Shown piece by piece: positions 37,814 through 51,961 of a DNA stretch of 64,000 nt. This stretch comes from Styela clava (Eukaryota). The notes beneath the pieces are model-generated. The model did not search any database. It was not told the DNA's origin and saw nothing but the letters and a program-made list of their open reading frames with translations. A program made the position numbers and the translations under genes. The DNA is taken from NCBI RefSeq assembly GCF_964204865.1, contig NC_135261.1:16244001-16308000 (forward strand), written 5' to 3'. Positions within the stretch are counted from its first letter, which is position 1; each line of letters opens with the position of its first letter.

Positions 37814-40800
37814 ATGCAGCCTAATAACTATGTATCACCACCCAGTTCTGTATATTCATATCCTGGGTCATCTCACACTGGCCGAAGTTTGAAAAGTTCA
37901 CATAGTCAGGGATCTATAAATGATTATTCTTATACAATGGAAGATGTGCAATTCTCTGGAGTTGGTCGTAAAGCATGGTAAGTAAGAATACAACGGGCTT
38001 CGTGTAGTTTCGAACCAAAATAATTTCTAGTGGGGGTGGTGTAACAATTTTGCATATTCATATGTCATTTCTAACCACCACCTGACTACGTCATCTAAAA
38101 ATCAATTTGTGAAATTTAAATTGTGCCCCCACACTTAACAAAAAAATTAATCAAATTCTGTTCAAGTTCCAAACCCTGCTAACACGCTTAAAAACAGTGT
38201 AAAACCGTCAAAAAACACCAATATTTATGAGCAGTAAGTCTTTTAGTGGAACCTTTGTGTTTTGTTTGACTTGTCCAATCTTGAATTTACTTCTCAAAAT
38301 CACAAGTTTCAACATAAAATATTCTGAAGTTAAGACTTAATTAATGTTATAAAATATAATTTCCTTTGTGGTAAAATTTTCAGTAACTACCTGTTAAATA
38401 ATAAGTAATATTATATTATCTCTTGTTTATATGTTTGCTATTTCTAGTACCGGTATATCTCTGTGAAATAGGACATATTTTATTACCAGAGACTTTCAAT
38501 GACCTTTATTCCCTCAATAGTTGTTGTTTTTGTGCGTCTAATGTAATAGAATTTATTGGAAACTGAACCTAATTGTTTATTTTCTGGTATTTTTGCACAT
38601 TCATTGTGAATTCTGCTATAAAAAATATCCACTGATACAGAAAGAGCTCCCAATTTCGAACGGATGGGAATCTTTTTGGTTTGACAATTGCCTATCCAAT
38701 CCAAATGGATGAGTTGAAGGACATAGGAATTGTCCAATGGATTTCAATCTCATTCTAACATATTTGGGTTCGACCACCCACTGTTAGTTGTAGTTGGGTC
38801 ATTGGAAGTAGGTAGACAAATGGATATAAAATTTAACCTTTCAAAATATGTAATTTTATTTTAAGTGCAACTGGCATGGAAAAGTGTAAGAAATACATGA
38901 GACGAATATTCAAATTTCGACAAATGGATTTTGAATTTGCACTCTGGCAAATGTTGAATCTGTTCATTGCTCCTCATAAAGTGTAAGTTATTATGCTCAG
39001 AGAACTAGGAACTATATATATATATGAAATCAACAATATATGTTTACTTTGAGTTTATCCTGCTGTTGATTTAAAACACTTTATAAAGATTTCCTTTGCG
39101 ATAAAGTGCTTTGTTTCATATTGCATGAAATATCTTGAATATTCGGTACGATTCAGCCTGGCGGACTGTCTGATACTGCTACAAGATTCATTAGATGTGT
39201 TTCTTATCTATTGTTGTTTTGTCACATTCTTATACACAATATCTTTTCATCACAGATACAGAAACTTCCAATACAGAAAACGTAAGTATTTTTAGTTTCA
39301 GAAAGTTATTGATTCAAAGGAGACATTCTGAATTTTTTTAATTTTCATTTTTTCATTTGTCATTTTTAATAAGCTAGTAGAGATAATAGAGATGGCTGAC
39401 ACCGGTACGTAGTATGTGTACCAGGTTTGGGTTAGGAATAATAATTTAAAAAAAATAAATTTAAAATATAATAATTTTATTCCAATTTTCCTTATTTTAG
39501 TTCTAATAGGTATAGGCTACTTATTTTTATTAAATTCTCAAAACAGCTTGGTACAAGGCAAGATTCAAGTAAATCCACCATTTTTATCATTCTAGCGTTT
39601 TTGAATTTATCTGTGGTTGCTTGATAATATAACAGTGCTATACATTGAACATTTAGTATGAGTCCTCATTATACTGGTTTTTATGCAATTTATTTTGCCA
39701 TTCTGACATACATTAATAAATTTAGCTTCTGATATCAAAACTGTTCATGTATAAGTAATTAACCTATTATAATTAACACTATAATTAATTGATATTTGCT
39801 TGTAAGGTTTGTGCATTGACAATGTATGTTTATCACATCATGTTGTTATTGTTTATACGAAATAGAAATGTATTTTACTTTGATCAGATGTCGTGTTTGT
39901 TTAGTTTGTGTTAATAAATCATGCTTGTTAAAATGAGACGCATACCTTCCATATCGAAATGAAGCTCTTTATATTTTAGAAACAAAAAATCAGTTTGCAA
40001 GAGATGATCCTGCTTTTTTAGTTCTGATGAGCATTGCGTTTTGTGGTAAGATGATAGGTTATATATCTCTCTCTTATTAAGGGCCACTGCTATTAGGGCT
40101 TGGCAGTGTGGCGCATCTGAAAACAAATGACTGGCTAACTAATCCCATACCCGACACAGACTGGTAACTGGACGAGAGGCCGTGGTTTGCTATATAATTA
40201 AGGCGTCTTTCCTCTCTCCTGGGATAAATATGGAAATCCTGATCTGACCATACTATTTTGATCATTGCTTGTTATATTGCTATCGGTTATACTGTTTACT
40301 ATTGCTTGGATTGATTTTTTTCATTCATTTCTAGTTACTTCTATCGGATTCGGACTTACTATGGGACTATCTTGGTTCAAGATATTCAAGCTTCTGTTGT
40401 GGGTTGTTTTCATAGACTGTATTGCTGTTGGAATACTTATTGCTACTGCTATGTGGTAAGTGTGACATTGTTGTCTTGGGGGATGAGGTGGCCATTATTT
40501 CTTTCTTCCTGCTATTTACTGTACAACAGTCTGAAAATAAGATTATGCTGCATTGTCCCGTAAAATTCACTCATAAGTCATAACAGAGAAAATCTTTTGT
40601 TGGGACCTTTGAGAATCCGGAAGCTACATAGATATTTTCCTTAATTACAATCGACCGAAAAGCAATATTTTCACAATAGTATACCAGGAGAGGCTTGATT
40701 TTAAATTACACATCTGATGCTAATTCCATCCATCAAAATAATTGATGATACTACTGTAACTAATTTTAAATGTGTGTTCAATTCATACTATATGGAAATA

Positions 40801-42834
40801 GTAGTTTCTGATAAGGATAAGTCTCTGTTGAACTCTGATGATCATTTTGATCATTTTTATGTTGCAGTTACAACTGAGAATATAAATCCTGCTTATTTGT
40901 TGAGAATAGGTTATGCTTTGACCCTCTAAACATTATACACTGTTTCGATTAATTCTGAGAATTACATATTTAATTCAGATTACAAACTTTGGTCTTTCAC
41001 CAATAATAATTTATATTAAGCAATGCTCAATTATATGAACCCATAGGTGTGGTGACTAGTAATATAGCCATTGCAGTTTCAACGAAAATGCAGCCAAATA
41101 TTTAATGAATTTTATCGATGAGCGATGAGTGTTAGTAATATGCTCGCCACCTCATCTCTGTGTGGGCTCGCGGGTTCGAATCACATTCGGAGATAATCAT
41201 GTGCGAGGTGATTGCTGGACTACTCGTCGCCGTAGGGTCCACCATGAAATCCATGCATCTGAAAACAAATAATTGGCTAACTATTTCCATAGCCGACATG
41301 GACTGGTAACTGGACGAGAAGACGTGGTGTGCCATATGATTAAGCCTTCTTATCGGCTTTTCTCTCTACCTAGGTTAAATATGTACAGTAAATCCCATCC
41401 TAATCAGCAAATTTGGGGTGAAATAGCAAAAATAGAACTTTTCTTCTTTTGGTATTGAAAATTCGTTGGATTCGTAGAATATCGATTTCTGCACAACATG
41501 AAATAAAACAGCCATTAGTAAATATATTCATTGGTCCTTTTTCATTCAGTAATACTTCCATTGTCAATAACAGGTTAATCAGCAATAAATATCTTGTTCG
41601 GTACATCAAGGGGGGTGCTGATGTTGAGTGGGCTTATGCATTTGATGTTCACTTGAATGCCTTCTTTCCTGTGTTGATGATTTTACATTGCCTGCAATTG
41701 TTTTTCATAAATCGTGAGTTGATTTTATCTACCATGTTTTTGAATTCTTTCCCGGTATATAGGTAATACAACTATTCTCAGTAGGTTAAAATTTGTGACA
41801 GGAATTTTAGCTCAACATTTTGAAAAACTTGATAAAATTTGTGCATATTATAGTGTTGTGAATATTTTGTAATTGCTCTGTACAGCTGTTTGATATATTC
41901 ATTGCATCGATAAATATTCATAGTTGTATTGTCATCCTTGCCTCCCTTTTATTTCATGTTTCACACCCAATTTCCCTTGTATTATAATGATTGAAGATTG
42001 AGATTGGTTTGGAAATAATAGGCCCCAATACTAACAACATCTTGTTAGACCTCCCAACTTAGATCCTTTGTTTATTTTGAAAATGAATTGATCAAGGAAT
42101 AAATTTTTTGTAATTGTATTTTGTATACCGTATATTTAAACATTTTGAATATTTTTCTGATTAGCTCTTATTGTGAAGGATTGGTTTCTTTCTGTATTGG
42201 TGGGAAATACATTCTGGCTTGCAGCACTCGGATATTATGTTTATATCACTTTTTTGGGATATAATGGTGAGTATTTCGTTTATCTAAAAACTGAAAACAT
42301 TACTTTAGGAACGCCCTGCGTATTTTGAATATTATTGAAATATCATTTTGAATGACATTTTCCTTCGGATTTTTCGTCAAATTCTGGAGGCGTAACAATC
42401 TTATTTTAATTGGCATACATTTCTGATCATGGCTATATCCAGATTAATCCCATTGTAAATGGTACTCTCGTAGTGTGTGTAACAGATTAGGGTTAGGCCA
42501 TAATTTTATTCCGATTTTCCTTATTTTATCTCTATTATGAGTTCGGAGACTGTCTGTGTTAGCCAAGTGTATAGCCCTGCCCATAGGTTTCAGCCCTTTA
42601 CAAAACTTGATGTAAAGTAGGCTAAAAAATTGGTTACCTCCATATTGGTACACACACTTCTGGAGCGCCTTGTAAACTGCTTAGTTACTTGTTTTTTCAG
42701 TTCTACCATTCGTGAAGAAAAGCATTGTCCTGCTTTCTCCATTACTCTTACTGGGAACAACTTATTTCATATCGCTTATCACTCGATGGAACATCACTAA
42801 AGCATTACTCTGGTTCTATGAGAACAGGGTGTGA
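37814..42834 (+). CDS. UNC50: Protein unc-50 homolog (Golgi/inner nuclear membrane protein), 8 exons, 289 aa
   Basis: Exons 37814-37977, 38866-38982, 39256-39281, 39980-40045, 40335-40455, 41574-41713, 42165-42266, 42701-42834 (870 nt, open). Diagnostic sequences FRQMDFEFALWQM..VYRNFQYRKQTKNQFARDDPAFLV, DVEWAYAFDVHLNAFFP, YYVYITFLGY. Confidence 0.96.
40105..40245 (+). mobile_element. SINE family, 3' portion (UNC50 intron 4)
   Basis: Matches the body of the 41100-41405 copy. Confidence 0.7.
41100..41405 (+). mobile_element. tRNA-derived SINE, longest copy (UNC50 intron 5)
   Basis: Pol III B-box GGTTCGAATC at 41173-41182; body shared with other copies; ATCC-type repeat tail. 5' boundary approximate. 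Confidence 0.72.
42461..42669. mobile_element. Merlin-like MITE (UNC50 intron 7)
   Basis: Ends GGTACTC...GGAGCGCC; TSD TTGTAAAT/TTGTAAAC; same family as 32389-32628. Confidence 0.72.
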
Positions 42835-43662
42835 ACAGATATTACACAAAATTATTTTGTCTACACTATCTTATCAAATGTGCAACAATGCATCAAAATC
42901 CAGCAACTGAAAGTCTATTTCACTCTACTGAGTTATATAAACCAAGGATGATTATCAAAACTATATTTATTATTCCACTCTAGCTGGCTGTTATATCTTT
43001 TGGTGAAGTGATTTGGTTTTGCAAGTAATATGAGTAGTATAACCTTGCTAGTATATGTAGCTACCTTGCTATGAAAGCTTCGTGCTTTTTCTAAGAATAT
43101 GAGCATGGGTGATATCACGGAAAGACTGAAGTTGTGAGATGATGTAGTCAAGCTAGGAAAAGGTCGCATATTATACATGCATGCCTATGTTCATAATTTT
43201 GTCCACTTATACATTTACAGACCAAATGATTTCCCATGCCATCTGAACAAGTCGCTGGTGCGCTTATTTTTATATGACTCTAGAATATTCTTTTCAATTT
43301 TTCAGTCTTGTGAAAGTATATTTATTGTAAATACAACATGCTTTATTGGAAAATGCCTACAGTTTTGCGAATATTTAAGTTTAGAGGTGATAGCACTTTG
43401 TATATTAGTATAATTTCATTTCACCAAGCGGTTGTTGGATAACACAATCTGAAGGATCGGGAAACTGAATGATCAGCGATCGGAGTGCGCTGAAACGAAT
43501 AACCAGCTAACAAATCTTACGTGAACTGATAACCGGACGACAGGCAGTGATGCCCCATATGGTTAAGCTGTCTTATCGGCCGTTTATTATTGAAATCCTA
43601 CATTCTGTTTCTTAGGCTGGTAGCTGTGGCAACTTTCTGTAATTTCCATCCTTTGTTTTTGC

Positions 43663-45587
43663 CAGAGGCGTAGCCAGCATATTTTGCGCCCGGGGCAAAA
43701 TATAAAATTGGCGCCCCGGCCCCCACGTTTAATCATGTTTTCTATTGCATTTAATTGTGTATGTAAAAAAAATTATATTTCGTCACGCTAATAACCGAAT
43801 TGCGTAAGTCATTTTTAGCTGTTGTGAGAAAAACGTAAAAAAACTTCCTAATGATATTGCTATGCCATTGAGAGTCTTTAATTTGCCATAGTTCAACTTT
43901 TTGATCGTAGCCGGATTTAAGTTAATTTGTATGACGCAGTCATGTGACGTCATAATGGCACACTGTGATTTAGGCAAAAATGTGTCTATGGCTAGAGGAC
44001 ATACGCAATTTTGCAACTTGTCTATATGTACCAGTCCTGAAAACCAAACAATCCAAAATCCCCAAAATAGCTAATCTGTTTCAATTACATTATTTTTTAT
44101 GTTTAAAAATATATATTTCATCAATATAACACGCTCTGCACATCACCGAAATAAGACTAAAGTTAAATATAAAGAATAAAACAGTAATGTACTCTTATAT
44201 AAAAGTCAACCATGGTGAATTGGACTCAGACAGTAAATATCACAAGTGCACGCCTTCCTATACAGTAGTATAAATTGAAAATTATTAGCGCTAAGCTAGA
44301 ATCTGAGATGCAAAAACTCGAAAATCCTTCGCCTAGGTTATTTTGCCTTTGTGACGTCACAATAGTCCTGCGTTAACAATGATAATTCATTATGACGGAA
44401 CAATTGAACAAATTTGCATATCATACAAAATTTCTATTTTTATGGGTTTCGGAATTCTTAAAATAAAATCTGAGTTAACAGACAGGTGCGCAGCATTACA
44501 TAAATACCTATTTTATGAAAAATTCAAAACCGTCCAAAATGACTTACGCAATTCGGTTATTAGCGTGACGATATGTGAATTCAAATTTATATGTATTTAT
44601 ATATTTTATTATTTATTCAAAAATATATGTATATGTAAATTCAAATTTTAATGGAACATTTTATTTAAAGAAGAAGCAAAGCTATACAAAATAGAGCATA
44701 TGTCCCACTCAGTTACTGTCAAAGATGATCTACATAGTCTAAAATAAATTCATTTTTTCAATTTCACTGTCGTAAACTGGTTAACACGTCATCAAAATCT
44801 GTTTTTTTTCCAATGTTTCTCTTTCAACACTTATAAGTGCAAGATCACGGAGACGATCCTGTCCCGTTGATGCACGCGAATACGACAAAATAAGTTTCAA
44901 TCTGCTGAAAGACCGTTCACAGCTTGCAATTGAAACTGATATTGTAAACAAAATTTGTAGAGAAATTCGCAGATTGAATAAAACGTCGTCTCCAAAAGAC
45001 ACAATAAAACCAAGAAGAGCCAAAGGAGTTTCTGGTTGATCTCCAATTTCAGTGAAAAGTTCGTGGCCATTGATGTCCGTGTGGTAGAGATTTGCAAAAT
45101 CTGTGCAATCTCGACGAATTGTCGAAAACGGCATTGGGGTCTTTTAGCACAGTATAATATATTTTATGTAACTCTGCCGCAAAGTACGGTACTTTGACAA
45201 CAAAATACAAAACCACGTATTACTCAAAACATGTATTAACATCATTCAACCAAATTCCGTTTCCATTTGTCTCCAGCACAGAACTAATATCAACTTACAT
45301 CCGAGTGCGCAGGCAGTGCTTTGTTTTCCGGCCAGATTTTTTTGGCCATGTAATTACGATGGAAATCTGACCGTGCTATGTGCGTGATGACGTCGGCAGT
45401 CGTAAGTGGTCTGACCAAGTGTGCAGTTTGCCATGTACTAAGATTAGATGTCTGCCGCCGGTGCGATCTTGCTTGTGACCGTTTTTTACCTTTGTTGTGA
45501 AATTTTTGCCAGCCCCATTTTGGCGCCCCTGTACCTTGGCGCCCGGGGGCATATGTACCCCACTGCCCCCCCTAAGCTACGCCTCTG
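43663..45587 (-). mobile_element. Internally deleted hAT transposon with transposase C-terminal remnant
   Basis: TIR CAGAGGCGTAGC/GCTACGCCTCTG; perfect TSD GTTTTTGC; minus-strand hATC dimerisation motif ILFTISVSIASCERSFSRLKLI..DRL..LALISVE (44781-45134); empty site near 58064 in the duplicated unit. Confidence 0.92.
43781..44570. mobile_element. Long-TIR element copy 2, nested in the hAT element
   Basis: Same TIRs and interior as 17984-18803, opposite orientation. Confidence 0.88.
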
Positions 45588-46297
45588 GTTTTTGCCATAG
45601 TTATACAGTTGTTTATAGTTATATCATTGCGGAATAATTTACCAACTGTTGAGATGAATTCGAAAATAATGACCATCCGGTGCGACATGCGATGGTACCG
45701 TATAAATTGCTGGTTTGTGTTGTTTTCATTCAACATTTCCTCCGTTCGAACTACTGTATTTCCCCCCTAAATATTAAACAATTTTATATAAACCGTCAGT
45801 CTTTTTATTCTAGTCAGTCCAGCATCTGCATATAAAATGCTATATATATATATAACCTGGAAAAATTACCACGGGATAGATGGCCTGATTAGGTACCCCG
45901 CGGCTTCTAGTAAAACTGTGTGTTATTTTTCTGGAACTTTTGAGTTTTGGGTTTGCTAAATTGCTAAACCTTGAGTCGTAAATTCGAATAAGTCCTGTTG
46001 CATTTATGTTAGTTGAATTCCATATGGGCAAACATTTCAAATATTTTGTATGACAATACAGTATCCAAATTCTAATATTTTACTATCACCATCGGCCTAA
46101 GAAAAGGAGAAATCGAAATTTCGCCAAAGTTAAAATATTGCTGAAATCGAACTGTATAGTAAAGATTGAATCAATAGTAGTTAAAATCGCAATAGTATAT
46201 ATATGTAAAATAAAAGTCAAGTATGCGCTTTTTTGCTGTAAAAAGTGACGACCTCAACAACTAAAGCAATTGTATGATTATTGTATAGGGCTATATA

Positions 46298-46784
46298 CAG
46301 GGAATCCATACCGTCCTTATTTCTAAGGTTTGTCCTTATTTTTGGCTTATTTTTTAGCTTGCGTCCTTATTTTTGGCTTGCGTGTCCTTATTTGGACCTT
46401 ATATTGGAAGCTTTGTGTTGTTTGTCTTATCGCCAAAGCTTTATTGTGGCATCATAAAAGAAACACAATCTTATTTGGAACACAAAAAAGCAAGGCATAG
46501 ATAGGCATGAAGCATTGCTAGTGTGCCGATCCTTAGTTTTTGTCGTGGTGGTGGTTATTTTAGCCATTTAATTAAAAACGACCAAACGTAAGAAAGTTTT
46601 TTGTGAGTACGGGAAAGAATTCAAAGTTAAACGAAGCTTGAAGGGTAAGTGCTTCGCACACTCTGACGTCTGTAATAATTGTGACATCAACCTGGAGCCT
46701 ATAGAAAAGCCAGCTATTTCTGATCACAATGCAGAAATTTTTCCAGTCGTCTTTATTTTGGGTTCCAGATCGATGGAATCCCTG
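46298..46784. mobile_element. hAT-type MITE
   Basis: TIR CAGGGA(A/T)TCCAT; perfect 8-bp TSD GCTATATA; subterminal GTCCTTATTT repeats. Confidence 0.82.
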
Positions 46785-48043
46785 GCTATATAGGCAATAG
46801 GTCATAGGGAAATCACTGACTTGACCTTATGACGTAAGAATGTCTTTACTACTGTTGTAAACTTCGATTGGGTGCAGCTAGCTGAGGAATTTAAAGTTTG
46901 AAATCGTCGAAATGGGCATCAAAAACTTTTTAATGTTCAATTGTATTATTTTATCGGTTTTGTACTTCTTTGATCACTCCACCTGCAAAAAAATTCAGCT
47001 GTATACCTCATTGATAGCGTCTTTTAGAATATTTTCGATCACAATACCATAAATACCTCACGCATTTTCATTTTTTATAAATATATTTCACACTACACTC
47101 GGGCTACAGTTAGAACACATTCAAGTCTCTTGTGCTTATTACAATTAGGCAATATTTTCATTTTAGATTTCAAAAACGCATAGATTAGAAACACGACAGC
47201 AATGCTCAATTACACGAATACAATGGCCCGATAACTAATCAACCGTTATCTGATAATTTGAAAGCTTAGAATCTAAATTTTTAAATCGAGTTCCACCGCC
47301 AAAGCAATTCACATCCTTACCAACCGGATTACTTCGATTTGCTGAGAAGATCAACGCACGGGCATGGCGAAAGAGATCAAACATAATAGGTATCCTTTTC
47401 AAATTAAAAAAAAGCAAAATATTTGCTAAACATGGGGCCCCACAATACACAGATTAAATTTGAAAAAATAATAAATAATAAAATAAAAGCAACTTCTAGT
47501 GGCATCATTCATCACCAAGTGCCGGAAAATAAATTTAAATTCGATTGGTGCATTAGAGGCGATAAAAAGATATTTTATTAATAGGACTACGTCTTGCCCC
47601 AAAATAGATGGTAAATGATTTGAAGTATGTCTTAATTGATTAAATAAATGATTCTCAATATTCTAATTTACATGTATATAATTTTTGCCGATGCATTTGA
47701 GTTTAATTCATTTTTAATTTCAATATTCCAACTGTACATAAGTACAGTTGAACTGATATGGGTTTATTTTATACATTAATTATCGGTAAATGGTGAAGAT
47801 ATGCGATCGGAATCAGAACTTCAATCAACAACGGGTTGGTCTATATTCGACAGCTCATGTAGAATACTCATTATGTGAATAAAATGCAATGTCACTTTTT
47901 TGCTTTGAGATGTAATTTGATATTACAAATTCGTGGGAATTAAAAATCCCGGCTGCATTTGCCAGCACAGTCAGTAATTGATGCTACAGATATGCAAGTA
48001 ATTGAATGTATCCGAACAGTAAGATAAATTTAATTTTCATGTG

Positions 48044-50077
48044 TTATACTGGTGTCTGTTGCTTTGGTAACTCTTTGGTGTGTGTATCAGCGTCGGTCGG
48101 TCGTTGTATCGTTGTTTCTTCTTTTCGGAATAGCCGTCTAAAAACTTTTTTTTGTTTCTCCTCTCATGGTACTCTGTGGTACATTTCTAACATCATATTT
48201 GATGGTACCATGCTATTTCTTAATTGATTCGCAATAAATTTGTTTGTAACTTGATGTTTTGTTGTAGTTTTGGGGGCGATGATACCGTTAAAAGTACGGT
48301 ATGTGGCGACAAGTTTGAGAACCACTGGTCTAGTACATGATTTACAGTACTTAAATTATTCTGCCTGTACTCATGACATTTTTAATGTTCTTTCAACGCT
48401 AATATTTCAATATTATTTACTATATCCTCTGCTGCAAATACCTGATGCTTCACATCACTTAAACGCGATTAGTGAAACGGGAAGGCAATTGACCAATGAC
48501 TGATAGACTTGCGAGTTGCGAATTTGCAAATAAACCGTTTTTAATCATATTGAGTTTTGATCATCCGGCCCAGTAATCCAGTTAATTATCCGCATCCGCA
48601 CTCAGGAAAGTAATTTGCCACCCCTGCTCTAATATGAAAAAGTGGACATTTTTTGATTCAGTTTACTGTGATCGGCCACTGACGTGCTCAGAGGTACCCG
48701 TGAACTTACAACAAAGAAAAACTTTGCTCGTATATATTTCCCCGCGCTATTCAAGTAACGCTGGTTACGAGCCTTATAACGTTAAACAGTCATAATAAAA
48801 TTTGCAATAGCTTGCTATATCATGGCTTATTATAAATATTGATCGTAATTGTGGCCTGTTTCTAGGACTACTCTGTTATTCTATTTTAAGTCCCCATAGT
48901 TGCATAATTCTTTACCTTTTAAACTTTTTCTCCTCGTGCCTACCAGGATTACGAGATAAAATGTAAGCAGAGCAACGGGACATATTGGAAAGTACAGAAG
49001 TATCGGAAATGCGATATACATACATCGCCGTACGTGAATTAGCCTGAAATCATACAGATGTAATATTTTATGTATTTGTATACATTCTACACGGTATTTT
49101 AGAATTCGTTCATGAATATTTATACTAAACCCGACCTAGTCACGACCTTAATTCTGAGAAGAAGAAATTGGTAAAATTTGTCTTGCATGTTTATCCGATT
49201 TATCGAATATTTGACAAGGTGTGTACGGGTTTTTTGAAACCTCGAGTGAAAAATTGGTAATATGTTGTTTATTGTGTCAAACCTGATCTGAGCTACTTTT
49301 TATTTAACTTTTTATTTATTATAACAATCCAAACCCTGTAATAGAAGCTAAAAACTTGTTTCAGTCCTTGATTGATTTCGGACAAAACACAGAAAAACAT
49401 GAAGGAACCAAGTCTATACTATTTACTTTTAGTCTGATGTGTCGAAGATAGTTCAAGATATATATATATATATATCAACTATTAAATGATTTATAAAATA
49501 GGTAATGATGCTAATTTTGCAAATTGGGTAGAATAAGCATTTGTGTAAAAAAATGTAATTAAATTCGATGAAAGTACCGTAGGAAACCAAAAGTAGAAGA
49601 CAAAGTTTGCTAAAAACGTCTCCACCCAAATTCCCAATGCAAGTATCTAAAGGAGATAAAACAAAAAATATTATATTTTCTTTCAAACATGCTTTCAAGT
49701 TGAGGAATTTAAAGTAATGAAGCAAGAGGTTTACCTTTACTATATGGGGTGTGATCTTTTTCAATCTATGGGGAATTTTATTCCGATTATTCGTAATATT
49801 ACAAATACCAAAATATGTTGAATGGTTACGTTGTTCGTTCAAAAATCGACAGCTAGTGTTGTCTAAAAAATGAATATTCATAAGTTATACTGTGTAAAAT
49901 TGTACAAATTGTTTAAAAATTTTTTTACAAATGTAGTAAACAGTTTGTTGAATTTTCACTAAATATATATATTTATATTTCGCTATGATCTACCATAAAT
50001 CTAAAACAAAATTAACGTATGAGCTACAATACCTTACAGAAGAAAACTGGAAGAGAATATTTAAAGTATCCAAAGGT
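48044..50077 (-). pseudogene. GPCR paralog copy 1: 5'-truncated, internally deleted pseudogene
   Basis: Remnants: partial exon 3 (50033-50077), TM3 exon 49735-49862 with TGG>TGA at 49839-49841 and a 1-bp deletion, TM4 exon 49578-49646, TM5 exon 48916-49043, last exon 48044-48171 with an A-run frameshift. TM6 and TM7 exons are absent. Confidence 0.88.
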
Positions 50078-51961
50078 TATACCTGTACCTAATATGGTTG
50101 AACCGTCTTATCGACCTTTCTCTCCCGGGATAAGTATGAAAATAGTATATTCTGTGTCGTAAGGTGAGATTGTCATGTCAATGTAGGTAGACATTTTTGT
50201 ATTAAGCATTTTGTGTTAAAACGTTTTTTTCTGTAACTTCTGAGTTTTGGATTTGCTCAGTTGCAAAACCTTTTGTAACTAATACAAATTTCGGTCGTAA
50301 ATTCGAATAAATCATGATGTATTAATGGTAGTTGAATTTCAATGTTGTATGACAATACAGTATTCAAATTCTAATATTTTGTATGGCGATAGGTTGCAGG
50401 GAGGGAGAAATCGGACTTACGCTAAGGGTATTTAGTGATGATTGAATTAATATTAGTTTAAAATCACACTGGTATATATATGAAATAAAAGTCAAGTATG
50501 CGAGTTTTTTGCTGTAGAAAGTGACGACTTTAACAACTATAGAGCATATGTATATGCAAGCGAAAACTTTTGCGGAAAAAATTATTTGCATGAGGTACTT
50601 CGTATTATCATTTCATGCTCTCGAACTATCTTCAATTGCTTCATTTCATGTGGATTTAATCCTTGGATATATTTGCTATATTATACATTAAAGTCTATAA
50701 TCTAATTGTTCAATGTGCAACAATGACCATGTTTTATTGTGAGTGAAAAACTTGTGAAAACTTATGTTTCGTTTCAATTTTGTTTTGAAGAAAAAATGTT
50801 GTTTCGATTTCACCAATGTTTCGTAACTGCCCAACCCTGATGCTCACAATGGTGCCAACAATATGTACTTCTTTAAACTTTCCACCCAAACAAAATTCAG
50901 CATTATCCTTCATTGAAAGGCTTCTTTTTGATCATTTTTGATCACAATAACAAAAAAACCTTACGCTTTTCCATTTATATAAATATATTTCACACTATAC
51001 ACGGGCAACATAGAATACATTTAAGTCTATCGTTGTCATTACAATTAGGCAATAGTTTCATAATAATTTAAAAGCTTAGAATCTGAATTTTTCAATCGAG
51101 TCCCACCGGTAAAGCAATTCACATCATTACCCACTAGACGCGCATCGTTAAGGTAAAGCGGAAGAGCACTGCCTTCGATTTTGCTGAAAAAATCGACGCT
51201 CAGGCGTGGCGGAGGTGACAAACATAATAAAATAGAACGTATTCTTTTCGAATTAAACCAAGAGCAAAATATTTGTAAATATAGGGCCTCATAATACACA
51301 GATAAAACTTGAAAAAAAAAAAAAAAAAACTTCTAGCGGCATCATCCATCATCAAGTGCTGAAAAATAAACTTAAAATCGATTGGTGCATTAGTGACGGT
51401 GAAGAAAATTTAAATCAACAATCACCCTCACAACAACAGCGACAACAACAACAATTAAATAAACGATCTATACGTCTACTCCTTGCCCAAGAAAATAGAT
51501 AATAAATGATTTAAAGTATGTCTAACGTGAACATCAGTATTGATGCCCAATATTCTAGTTTACATGTATATCATTTTTGCTGATGCATTTGGGTCAAATT
51601 CACTTTAAATTTCAATATTCCAAATAAGTAAAAAGACGATCTGATATTGGGTTTATTTTATACATTAGCTGGAAATACTGAAGCTTAACAGAGGATATAT
51701 GGTCGGAATTAGAACTTTAGTCAACAACGAACTGGTCTATATTCAACGGCTTATGTAGAATATTTATTATCTGAATAAAATACAATGTCGCATTATTGCT
51801 TGGAGATATAATTTGATATTTCACATTAAAACACTACAGCTGCGATTCGTGGGAATAAAAGATACCGATTGCATTCGCCAGCACAGTTAGTAGTTAATAT
51901 TAGATATACAAAAAGTATTTGGATGTGTACGAAGAAGTACGATAAATTTTATTGTCATGTG

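Noticed and set aside
41160-41200. tRNA gene
   Set aside because: Only a B-box is evident, with no cloverleaf, and the downstream body is a multi-copy SINE.
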